Shown: in pieces, positions 1-15,800 of the stretch | How positions within the stretch are numbered: position 1 is the stretch's first letter | Layout of the letters: each line of letters opens with the position of its first letter | Assembly (NCBI RefSeq): GCF_009914755.1 | Contig: NC_060938.1 | Direction: 5' to 3' (one strand) | DNA from: the human T2T-CHM13v2.0 reference genome, Homo sapiens | DNA length: 64,000 bases | Translations under genes and position numbers: made by a program | Notes under the pieces: model-generated | What the model was told of the DNA's origin: nothing | The model's input: the letters and a program-made list of their open reading frames with translations, nothing else | Database searches by the model: none

Positions 1-234
1 TCAGAAGTTCAAGACCAGCCTGGCCAACATGGCAAAACCTTGTCTCTACAAAAAAACACAAAACATTAGCCAGGTGTGGGGGCGTGTGCCTGTAGTCCCA
101 GCTACTTGGGAGGCTAAGGTAGGAGAATCATTTCAACCTGGGAGACAGAGGTTGCAGTGAGCCGTGATCATGCCATTACACTCCAGCCTGGGTAACGGCG
201 AGACTGTCTCAAAAAAAAAAAAAAAAAAAAAAAA
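1..234 (+). mobile_element. Alu SINE, 3' portion cut by the window start, with poly(A) tail
   Basis: Alu sequence (gttcaagaccagcctggccaacatgg...gactgtctc) followed by an A run at 211-234. Confidence 0.95.
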
Positions 235-235
235 G

Positions 236-2243
236 AAGGGACTTTGCCTCCACTCCTTGATAGCAGAGAAAGAGACAAACAGCTTATGCAATCATATGAG
301 GGTAGAGATAATAAAATGTGGCCATTATAGTTATGTGCCTAAATCACTGAAGATCCAACTGGGCCTTATTATGAGTAGTAGCTATATTGGCAACTAAGAA
401 AGTCTCACTTTAGAAAAGGAGAGGGTTGTATTCCTGAACTGTGGGATAATGAGAGTCTCCAGTTCCTAATCATGTATACCTCCTCACTAGGCTTAACCTG
501 CCATAAGTTTACTTCCATTTTAAAATGTTGCTTCAGAAGGACGGGGTGATAGAATTATGTTACTTCTAGGGGAAACAGTGCAGGAAGAGGAGGTGCAGGT
601 GGCAGTTCAAACAAATTCTATGCTCTATTTTATTTTAAAATCTTAGGACTTTTTAATCTATTAGTCATTCTGTCATTGGGAGAAAATTGCCATGTCTAGA
701 ATTTAGGAGCCTCTCAAATATTTGAAGGGTATCCAGTTTTACTCTAGAGCCAGTGCATTTCTGATAACAGAATCACCGTGGGATCCCCAGTGTGAGAAGG
801 TACCACTGGGACCCCCAGAGGCTCTGGGTAAGGATGTTAATGACTATCTATATTACCTCTCTATCCACAGTAATTGAGCAAGAAATCCACACTTCTCCTT
901 TTTGCTAGAAGACCACTGAAAGTTCTAAGAACTGGAGTTAATACTATCATTTCCTTGATCATCTCATCCTTTAAGTAGTGCAGGAATGAAAGCCTCTTCT
1001 CAGGGTAATCCCAAATGAGAAATTTGGAAATTTGATGTTTCCGTCACCATGGCACTGTATTTTCTCAGACATTAGAAACTTTAGTAAAAGTATATCAAAA
1101 AGAGTGGGGTCTTTGGTGTAATCACATCACCCAAAATAAAAATAGTCTATTTCCAAACTTATTAGACTATAACACCTGTATTGAATTGGCTTTAACTAGT
1201 TTTAATGCTGTTGGCACCACTATAAGTTTGAATTAAGGCTAGTCCCTAATCACTTTTAGTTACACAAATTCATGAAGTACATAGCTATGAGATAATCTCA
1301 GCATTTTGTCCACTATATATGCTTGGGTCTGCACTAAATACAGAATGTGGGACTAGTCATAAAAATTTCCTGGTTCCATGGGAACTTTCCTGAGGTCAGT
1401 GCAAAGGAAGGCTTGCATATGAATGAGGGCACCATTTTTTCCTAACAGGTAATCAAACGTAGTATAAGAAGACCTCAGTTCAGGAATGGGTTATGTTCTA
1501 AAAGTTAGGAAGTTAGTGGTTTGGCATCCTAAAATAATTTTCCCACAAAACAGTGTTATAGGTGGAAGGTGGCTAACCCTTCCTCCTATAAAAATAATGA
1601 AAATTTCCTTGACACTCTATCTTGAGTCCCATGGAATCCCTCTGGGCAAGGGAATCCTGGGGACCTGTGTGATCCTTGGAATATACAAGAGAGGAGGTCG
1701 GCAGGAAAGAGGGGAGACCCTTGAGGTTATTTTGAGTGTAGAGAAGGAATATGTGGTCTTGTGGCCGTGAAATTGATGATGAAAATGAAAAGGAGTATCA
1801 GGTACCTCTGGAAACCGTCTGCCCTCATATGGGATAGCATCTAGTAAACAAATGGCACTGGAGAGCACAGTGTTTATTCCTTGGGAAGATCCACATCAAT
1901 ATAGTGTGAGTAAAGCAAAACATTTATTTTAATGGGGATGTTTTGGCGTAAGATATGAAAAGTATATGGCACTGACCAGGGTGTTTCATAGTAGCCAAAC
2001 TGAAGTTTGACCTCATCTGGAGAAGTTTTATAATTTTTCTAACATTGATACCTCTACAACTTTCTTAGCATTATAAAAAGTTCAAGGCACATGAATATGG
2101 ACATTATTCTGGGCTTCCTTCTCCCTTACCTGCTTCTTTGGTACCATGTTGCGTGAGATTTGTCTATTCCAAGATAATTCTGATATTCCAGTTCTTTCCA
2201 GTGATGAAGGAAGTTGAGAAATAATTTAAAAGAGAAACAAATC
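236..2243 (-). pseudogene. Possible decayed coding sequence (unidentified; candidate unitary or processed pseudogene)
   Basis: Non-repeat-looking 2 kb whose - strand gives long protein-like runs in a consistent frame, broken by isolated stops or frameshifts (ORF 1617-1868 continues in frame for about 120 further codons with two internal stops). No homolog recognised. Confidence 0.25.
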
Positions 2244-3275
2244 CTGTATAGACAGGAGTGCTGTCAGTCATTAATATTATTATCTGGCTTATTTGTAGTC
2301 CACTTCACCTGTTTGGTTTAAAATGAAATATCTGGAATGTTCTGTCATGGAAGAGGGTTTGAGGAGGAGAAAATGGCGTAATTATTTATTCACAATCAGC
2401 TAATTGTGCTACAAATCCCTTTTGCTCCCAACTGAGTATGATAGTCTCCTTCAGAAGGGAAGGATTCATTGGTCATTCTTAGAAAACTCACTGAAATGCT
2501 TGGGAAATTTACATGGGAAAAATCTATTCTCTCTTCTCGTAGAATGATTCATTCACAGTGGCCCCCAGTGGGCTAGTCGTGTGATTAAACCAAAGGTTTC
2601 TGGATCTTTAATGCAAGCTGAGCCCCCCAAACACACTTTTTTTTTCTAGCAGATTTGTGCCATAGAAACTGAACTATTAAAGTACTAAGCATGCCGTTTT
2701 TCTTGTGAAAAGACATTTTATGTTGATATTGTTTCATTTTTTAAATATAGTAAGATACAACCAACACTAATATGTGAAAAGACATTTTGAACTGAATTCA
2801 TTATCTTTTATTTTAGATTTATGTTGAAGTATTATTACGATTGAAAGTATTATAGTTACTTTCATATGAGTTAAAACTCAGCTGTAACAATTCATTGACT
2901 AAATATTATGATGGTAGTCAACTTTCAGTTGGAAGTGTTAGTTATTCACCTCATAGTGCACTCATAAAAAAGATTTACCAACAGTCTCCTAGGAGTAGAA
3001 GGCATATTGTCTCTTGGCATATTTTACAAACATGCTTTCCACACACTCCCAGTACAAGGTTATTATACTTTCTCTTCTGTGACACTCAGAAAGGCTGTAG
3101 ATACTCACACAGGATTGGACATGTCATTATATGTTAAAAATGATGTGTATTTTTCTTCCACTTAATGGGCATTGGAAGCTTTATTTAGTTGACTGCGTAA
3201 GTTAAAGAACATCTTGATAAAGCAATTACAAAAAATATTTTTGCTTACGTGGATAATAAAATGCATATATGCTAT

Positions 3276-3371
3276 GTTTTGATTTAATGGTTGTTTTCCA
3301 TATATTCTTGTTTTGGTTTAATGTTTGGTATATTCTTGTTTTGATTTAAGGGTTATTTTCCGTATATTCTT
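3276..3371. repeat. Degenerate ~30-bp tandem repeat, about 3 copies
   Basis: tgttttgatttaa...tatattct unit repeated three times. Confidence 0.7.
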
Positions 3372-4084
3372 CTAATAATTAAAAACTTTTAAAAGTTTAT
3401 TTATATAAGATTATTTGCTTAATGATATTAGTATTGCAGAGGGACCCCTTGTTTTTTAAAAAAGGGTCACAGTATACTTAGGATGTTTGTTACTGAGTTA
3501 GGGTTTCACTGAGTTATAATTTCAGTTGTACAGAAAGAAGCGGCAGAATTTAACAGGACAGTAATGTAAGACAAATAATGAAAGCAAATAAATGTTGTCA
3601 AGCACAATCACGTAAAATCTGAAATGTGGATTTATGAGTTCTTTTACCATTTTGTGCCAGATACCCTTTATTCTGACCTAAAATGAATTCTAATATTTGA
3701 CCTTGTAAGATTTCTTGTCATTTTCTTCCAACCCTTTTAAATGAAATATAACTTTCTCATCTCTTCTCCTATCCTACCACATAACCTCTCCTATTAGTAT
3801 GGCCTAGTGAGTAGAGACATTCATCTGGGGTTATTGTAAGACAGAAGTTGGAGAGGAGGTTTGTCACTTCTTTTAATTTGCTAATTCTCCATGCATTGCA
3901 CAAGATTCTGGCATTACCTGAAAATAGAGCCCAAGAGATGGGGCCAGGGCCTCAATTTTAGTTGTCTCTCAGAAGTCAGACTGAAGTTAGATCTAGGTCC
4001 ATGTTAGGGACAAAGCCAAGAATTTTCCATTTAAATTTCAACAAGTGTGGCAAAAACATTAAATGTGGCAGCAGAACATAGATA

Positions 4085-4440
4085 TTGTATAATTGTATAA
4101 TATGTTATACAATATAATATTGTATAATATAGTATACAATATAATATTGTATAATAATATAGTATACAATATAATATTGTATAATATATAGTATACAATA
4201 TAATATTGTATAATATATAGTATACAATATAATATTGTATAATATAGTATACAATATAATATTGTATAATAATATAGTATACAATATAATATTGTATAAT
4301 ATATAGTATACAATATAATATTGTATAATATATAGTATACAATATAATATTGTATAATATAGTATTATTATTATTGTATAATATATATTATACAATATTG
4401 TACAATATTGTACAATATTGTACAATATTATTATGTATAA
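4085..4440. repeat. AT-rich minisatellite of palindromic 27-30-bp units, followed by (tacaatattg)n
   Basis: 9 copies of core tatacaatataatattgtata with 6/9/8/8-nt spacers; (tacaatattg)x3 plus one variant copy at 4391-4430. Confidence 0.95.
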
Positions 4441-5217
4441 TTCTCTTCCATTAAAACATTTATTTAAAATTAAAGACTTCAAGCCTAACACTTGTCAGAA
4501 TGAAATTAAGCCAAACTTAACTTACTGTGTTAATTTGATACAGGATATTTGTTTTCTGATGATGTGATTATTAACAAGTAGGGAACAAAAAAATAAGGAC
4601 TTCTGTGCAAATGATACCATTAATGCTAGAAAGTAATAAGTATCTCACCTCACTGCACTACAACTATAAAAAATAGATTCATGTTTATCAAGTGATTAAC
4701 TGGAAATTCATTTGTATTGGCTAAATGTTTTAAAGTAGGTCTCAGAAATGACAAATGGTTTTTACATAAGGCAGACTTACAAAAAAGTAGTATTATATTG
4801 TTAATGCCAGTCATGGTTGGGGGAGAAATGTAATTTTATTTATACAAGTACTAAGTCATTGTGCACACATAAATATACTCTTCAAGCAAAGGGCATCTCA
4901 TTGAATAGAGAGTGAAAATTCTGGTATTGTGTTTAAAGTGTGTCATTTTAATGAAAACTTAGTATATCAAATAGATCAGTTTTCTTGGAGTAAGAGTATA
5001 TTTTAATACATCCTCAGTGTACTCACAAACCAAAATAAGAAATGTGTTTATATTCATAATTGTTTTCATACTTCAGTAAGTACCTCACCCATCTGGAGAC
5101 TACTGTGTTTAACAACAGCAAACATCTCCACAAGTGAGGGGGGAATCTAGATTGTAACTACCAATGAATAATGATTTGAACCAGAGAAGACATTACCATT
5201 TAACAATTGCCCACCAC

Positions 5218-6232
5218 GGTGCGGTTCCAAGATCGCGGAATAGGAAGAGCTCCAGTCTACAGTTCCTAGTGTGAGCGACACAGAAGATGGGGGATTTCTG
5301 CATTTCCAACTGAGGTACTGGGTTCATCTCACTGGGGCTTGTCAGACAGTGGGTGCAGGACAGTGGGTGCAGCCCACTCAGCGTGAGCTGAAGCAGGGAG
5401 AGGCATCACCTCACCCAGGAAGTGCAAGGGGTCAGGGAATTCCCTTTCCTAGCCAAGGGAAGCTGTGACAGATGGCAACTGGAAAATCAGGTCACTCCCA
5501 CCATAATACTGCGCTTTTCCAATGGTCTTAGCAAACAGCACACCAGGAGATTATATCCCGTGCCTGGCTCGGAGGGTCCCACGCCCACAGAGCCTCGCTT
5601 ATTGCTGGCACAGCAGTCTGAGATCGAACTGCAAGGCAGCAGTGAGGCTGGGGTTAGGGGTGCCCGCCATTGCTGAGGCTTGAGTAGGTAAACAAAGCGG
5701 CCAGGAAACTCGAACTGGGTGGAGCCCACCGCAGCTCAAGGAGGCCTGCCTCCACCTCTGAGGGCAGGGCATAGCCAAACAAAAGGCAGCAGAAACCTCT
5801 GCAGACTTAAATGTCCCTGTGTGACAGCTTTGAAGAGAGTAGTGGTTCTCCTAGCACCGAGTTTTAGATCTGAGAATAGACAGACTGCCTCCTCAAGTGG
5901 GTCTCTGACCCCCGAGTAGCCTAACTGGGAGGAACCCCCCAGTAGGGGCACACTGACACCTCACATGGCCGGTTACCCCTCTGAGACGAAGCTTCCAGAG
6001 GAACCATCAGGCAGCAACATTTGCTGTTCAGCAATATTTGCTGTTCTGCAGCCTCTGCTGCTGATACCCAGGCAGACAGGGTCTGGAGTGGAATTCCAGC
6101 AAACTCCAACAGACTTGCAGCTGAGGGTCCCAACTGTTAAAAGGAAAACTAACAAACAGAAAGGACATCCACACCAAAACCCCATCTGTAAGTCACCATC
6201 ATCAAAGATCAAAGGTAGATAAAACCACAAAG
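5218..6232 (+). promoter_or_regulatory. L1 5'UTR with internal sense promoter and antisense promoter region
   Basis: Complete L1 5'UTR upstream of the ORF1 ATG at 6233; promoter function is known for the family but activity of this copy is not shown. Confidence 0.6.
5487..5670 (-). pseudogene. Disrupted L1 ORF0 remnant
   Basis: ATG at 5670 (-) and ORF0-like peptide PASLLPCSSISDCCASNKRGSVGVGPSEPG; the ATG is out of frame with that peptide (1-bp insertion) and there is a TGA after VGVT. Confidence 0.7.
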
Positions 6233-7248
6233 ATGAGGAAGAAACAGAGCAGAAAAGCTGAAAATTCTAAAAATCAGAGTGCCTCTCCCCCTCCAAAGGA
6301 ACGCAGCTGCTCGCCAGCAATGGAACAAACCTGGACGGAGAATATCTTTGACGAGTTGAGAGAAGAAGGCTTCAGACAATCAAACTTCTCCAAGCTAAAG
6401 GAGGAAATTAGAACCCATCGCAAAGAAGCTAAAAGCTTTGAGAAAAGATTAGATGAATGGCTAACTAGTATAACCAGTGTGGAGAAGTCCTTAAGTGACC
6501 TGATGGAGCTGAACACCATGGCACAAGAACTATGTGATGAATGCACAAGCCTCAGTAGCTGATTCAATCAACTGGAAGAAAGGATATCAGTGATTGAAGA
6601 TCAAATGAATGAAATGAAGTGAGAAGAGAAGTTTAGAGAAAAAAGAGTAAAAAGAAATGAACAAAGCCTCCAAGAAATATGGGACTATGTGAAAAGACCA
6701 AATCTACATCTGATTGGTGTACCTGAAACTGACGGGGAGAGTGGAACCAAGTTGGAAAACACTCTGCAGGATATTATCCAGGAGAACTTCCCCAACCTAG
6801 CAGGCAGGCCAACATTCAAATTCAGGAAATACAGAGAACACCACAAAGATACTCCTCGAGAAGAGCAACTCCAAGACACATAATTGTCAGATTCACCAAA
6901 GTTGAAATGAGGGAAAAAATGTTAAGGGCAGCCAGAGAGAAAGGTCGGGTTACCCACAAAGGGAAGCCCATCAGACTAACAGTGGATCTCTCGGCAGAAA
7001 CTCTACAAGCCAGAAGAGAGTGGAGGCCAATATTCAACATTCTTAAAGAAAAGAATTTTCAACCTAAAATTTCATATCCAGCCAAACTAAGCTTCATAAG
7101 TGAAGGAGAAATAAAATCCTTTACAGACAGGCAAATGCTGAGAGATTTTGTCACCACCAGGTCTGCCCTACAAGAGCTCCTAAAGGAAGCACTAAACATG
7201 GAAAGGAACAACCACTACTAACCACTGCAAAAACATGTCAAAATGTAA
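6233..7248 (+). pseudogene. L1 ORF1p, disrupted
   Basis: MRKKQSRKAENSKNQ... with stop at 6560-6562; downstream pieces KRPNLHLIGVPE and MREKMLRAAREKGRVTHKGKPIRLT lie in different frames. Confidence 0.95.
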
Positions 7249-7311
7249 AGACCATCGATGCTAGGAAGAAACTGCATCAACTAATGGACAAAATAACCAG
7301 CTAACATCACA

Positions 7312-11112
<3,801 letters not shown>

Positions 11113-11608
11113 ACAATGGGAACACTTGGACATGGGAAGGGGAACATCACACACCGGGGCCTGTTGTGGGGTGGGGGAAGGGGGAGGGATAGCATTAGGA
11201 GATATACCTAATGTAAATGACAGTTTAATGGGTGCAGCACACCAACATGGCACATGTATATATATGTAACACACCTGCACATTGTGTACATGTACCCTAG
11301 AACTTAAAGTATAAAAAAAAAAATTGCCCACCACCTTACAAAGCTAGTCATCCTCCTTTAGAAACACACTTTTGGGGGGAAAACCATCTATTTATTTTCA
11401 TCTATTCAGATAATTTACAACTAAGGTTAAATATTCTCTGTTTTCATATAACCCACTATATGGACAATAAATAATGATTAGAAAATGGGAATTTAAAGAT
11501 GCATTTGGGCTTTTAGTTATTCAATTTATTATCTTTAAAAATATCTTCTGTTTTATTTATGGTAAACCAATATTTTAATATTGAATAATTTTAATTTCAA
11601 ATCTTTGA

Positions 11609-11963
<355 letters not shown>

Positions 11964-12701
11964 TGATGAAGTAATAACAGACATAATTGTTAGCTTCTAA
12001 TGAAATTAGGAATGTACAAATTTATTGCAACTATTATTATAATTTTGAACACCTCCAAAACTGATTTTTGCTTTAAATCTTGGTGCTTCCATGTTACCAC
12101 ATGTGTATCTTGTTTTCACTATGTAACAGGTGTTTTTCTGAAAGATTTAATGGATATGGTTCTGCAAACTTAGAATTATTCAGATTTTAAAAATAGTGAC
12201 TGCAGAATTGTAGAATTACCATTTTTATTTCAAGTTGGCAAAAAGCAGTTAACGTATATGTTGGGACATTGAACAAGTGACAGCAGAGTTCCAGATGACC
12301 ATCAAAGTGACATTTAAAAATATTGCTAGTCTGACTTTACAGTCCTCGAGTTTTAAATCATTATAAAATTGGAGGCTGTGCGGTGTGTTCTTTACCTTTT
12401 GTGGTTGAAAGGTAGGAGTGCAATGAGTGTGTGTGGTCTGAGTTTTTGTGGACGTGATCTACATTTAATCTGGGGAAATTAATTCCCTAAGCTGCTGGCA
12501 GGCAGCATGTACTTGTTAATTATTCAGGTGGATGACAAATGCAGAGCAGAGGTTCTCGCAAAGACAAAGTTTGTATGATGCATGTTTAGTAACTGATAGG
12601 CCTGACATTCTGTGGTGTCTTATTCAGTGCTAATCCTAATAAGCTGCCTGGTGCGATGAACGCCTTTTCTCCTGTCCTCTGCAGAGAAAACAGAGATCTG
12701 A

Positions 12702-13180
<479 letters not shown>

Positions 13181-13714
13181 GGTCATTCTCTGTTTTTTGT
13201 GTGAAGGTGATCCCAGCTTAATTTTGTTAATCTAGTGTGCATGGATACATGGACAACAGGGGTTTGTTCTGAGTCTGGCAGTAGGGAAACTTTCACCCTC
13301 CCCTTTCTAATCTAATATCGTTAGGTTTAGGAAGATTTCATACATTTCTATGCCAATATGTTTTATTTGTAGGGAAAGATTTCCCCTGGAAATACTGGTG
13401 TTATCTTTTTAAAAACTTCTCAACCAGTTCTTCTCTCAAAATCTGCCCCCTTTCTGCCATTGCTAATTGAACTGTGTAAAAAGTTGAATAGCTCAGCTAG
13501 AAAGTACTAGAAAGTACTTCATGGCCAATTCTTAGTTCTTAGGTGTATTTCATGCTTCCACTTTACTTCCCTTTTTTGTTAAATGTTCAAAGACTTGATT
13601 GATGTAATATGCAAATCATAGTTTATCTAAGCCAATTTAGTTTCAAAAACGAAGCTATTTTTTGGACACTAAAGAGAGGCAATGTGTTTAGAGAGAATTG
13701 GGAACAGGTTTAGT

Positions 13715-13830
13715 ATTGGACTGTTAACTCAGGGTTTGTCAGTCAAATCTGTGACCTTGTACAAGTCACTTAGTCTCTCTGTGCCTCAATTTCCTTGTAT
13801 GGGGAGTAATAAAATTGAACTAAATAGGCA
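13715..13830. mobile_element. MIR fragment
   Basis: MIR core tgtgaccttgtacaagtcacttagtctctctgtgcctcaatttcc. Confidence 0.7.
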
Positions 13831-14189
13831 ATGTGTGTTTCTATGATTAAATTATTTTGCTTCTAGTTATCATGAGCTTATATCCGTAGTCTGGCAATGT
13901 TAAAATAAGCAGTTTCTGAGATGAAGAATTCTTTCCGTTCCTGCAAGTATGTATGGCTGCAGAATGTTCCAGTAACCTTCTATGACGGTGATTCATGACT
14001 ATGGAAATCTCCTCAGCGGCTTCTCTACATTTGGCTCCTCTACTTGTTATCTTAATGTTTGATTCACTACTTGGTAATATTTTAAATGTCACTTTAGTCA
14101 TCTGAAACTCTGCTGTCAATTGTTTAATGTCCCACTACTTATGTTAACTACTTTTCTGACAGTTTGAAATAAAAATGTAATGCCTGCCT

Positions 14190-15480
14190 ATAGCCAGCAC
14201 CTTAATCAAGGAATAAAACAGCACCAGTACCATGGAAGACATTCTTGTTGCCACTCTTTGTGCAATTTTTTCCCCCCATTCTAAGAGTAATTCTGGACCA
14301 GGTGTAGTGGTTCATGCCTGTAATCCCAGCACTTTGAGAGGCCAATGCAGGAGGATCGCCTGAGCCCAGGAATTTGAGACCAGCCTGTGCAACGTGGTAA
14401 GACATCATCTCTGCAAAAAAATTGGTAAAAAAAAAAGTGTAATTCTGTCTCTGAACACAGATAGATTAGTTTTATCTACTCTTGAACTTCCTATAATAGA
14501 ATCATATCATATGTAATCATTTATGTTTGACTTTTGTTTTGCTCGACATTGTAAGATTTAGCTATGTGTATATCATTGTTGTTTGTTCAGTCTCATCACT
14601 GCATAGTGTTTCATTTTGAGAATATACCACAGCTAATCTGTTTTATTATTGATGAACATTTGGGCATTCCCAATAGTGTAGATATGAACATTGTTGTACA
14701 TGTCTCTTTGGTAACATGTACTCATTTCTGCTGGTTATATATGTAGATGTGTAGTTTGCTCAGTCCTAGGATATGCATATGATTATCTTTTGTAGATAAT
14801 GCCAATTTTCCAAAGTGGTTGTACCAATCAGCAATATATGAGAATTCCAGTAACTCTTTATCTTTGCCAAGATCTGTTTTCTGTCGTTCATTTTTAGCCA
14901 TTCTGGTGGATGTGTATTGCAATATGCTTTTAATTTGTAATATCCTAATGACCAGTGAGGTTGAAAACATTTTCAAATGTTTATGAGCCACTTAGTGTTA
15001 GTTTTGTGAAGCACCTTTTCGTGTGTTTTTTTACTAATTTTTTTCTACTGAGTTATTATCTGCTTTCTTGACTTACAGTTCTGCAAATATTTTAGATACA
15101 GATCTTTTTATACTTTTGAGATACAAATATAATCTCCCTTTCCTCATATTTTTCCATTTCACTCATTTAATTGTATCTGTAGAGGAAAAAAAACTCTTAA
15201 CTTTAATATAGTGCAATTTATATATATTTTCCTATTTAGAAATTTGTGTCCTATTTAAGAAGTTATTGTCTACTGTAGCATCATGAAGATGTTTACACAT
15301 ATTTTCTTTTAGAACCCTTTAGATATGCATTCCATCTAGAATTAATTTTGTGTATGGCATGAGGTTGAGGGCTCTATGGATATCTAAATAATCCAGCTCC
15401 AGTTGCTGAGTTGGCATTATCTTTTTCCCACAGCACTGTAGTTTTGCCCTATCATAACTTAGGTTATCATATGTGTGCCT
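14190..15480 (-). mobile_element. Old L1M (L1MC/ME-type) 3' fragment, interrupted by a FLAM
   Basis: - strand translation MAHKHLKMFSTSLVIRILQIK resembles the L1 ORF2 C-terminus; L1M 3'-end-like sequence. Confidence 0.75.
14295..14436 (+). mobile_element. Alu monomer (FLAM_C-like)
   Basis: Single left arm plus A tail; TSD-like gtaattct on both sides. Confidence 0.85.
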
Positions 15481-15599
15481 CCAATACAAATTTTAATTTT
15501 AGTATTTTATAGAATTTTTTTCAGATTTAGTATAGGATTGTAGAGAGTCAAATTATAAATGGTAGGCATTTAACTGATTCAAAGATGATGATGACAACA

Positions 15600-15800
15600 A
15601 TGATGATGACAATGGTGAATACCATATATTGATTACCTACTTATTGCTAGACTAGTACTGTCCTAGACACTTTGCCTAGTGATGTATTTCAATACTCAAA
15701 ATGACAGTTTTAGGAAACTGAGGCCCAAAGAAGTCACACAGCTAGTAAAGTGGGAAAACATGGATTCTAGCAAAGTTCTAACTAATTTCAAGACTCTATT
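15600..15800. mobile_element. MIR fragment
   Basis: ggaaactgaggcccaaag...gtcacacagctagtaaag. Confidence 0.65.

Noticed and set aside
2702-2790. 16-bp direct repeat tgtgaaaagacatttt about 70 bp apart
   Set aside because: Only two copies; looks like a small local duplication with no further structure
4031-4491. Three Tyr/Ile-rich ORFs and a CRISPR-like look (palindromic repeats with spacers)
   Set aside because: The ORFs are translations of the minisatellite; the spacers are 6-9 nt and repetitive; the context is a primate genome with no cas genes
13847-14119. 90-aa - strand ORF in unique-looking DNA
   Set aside because: Non-ATG start, no recognisable homology and weak splice signals; compatible with chance
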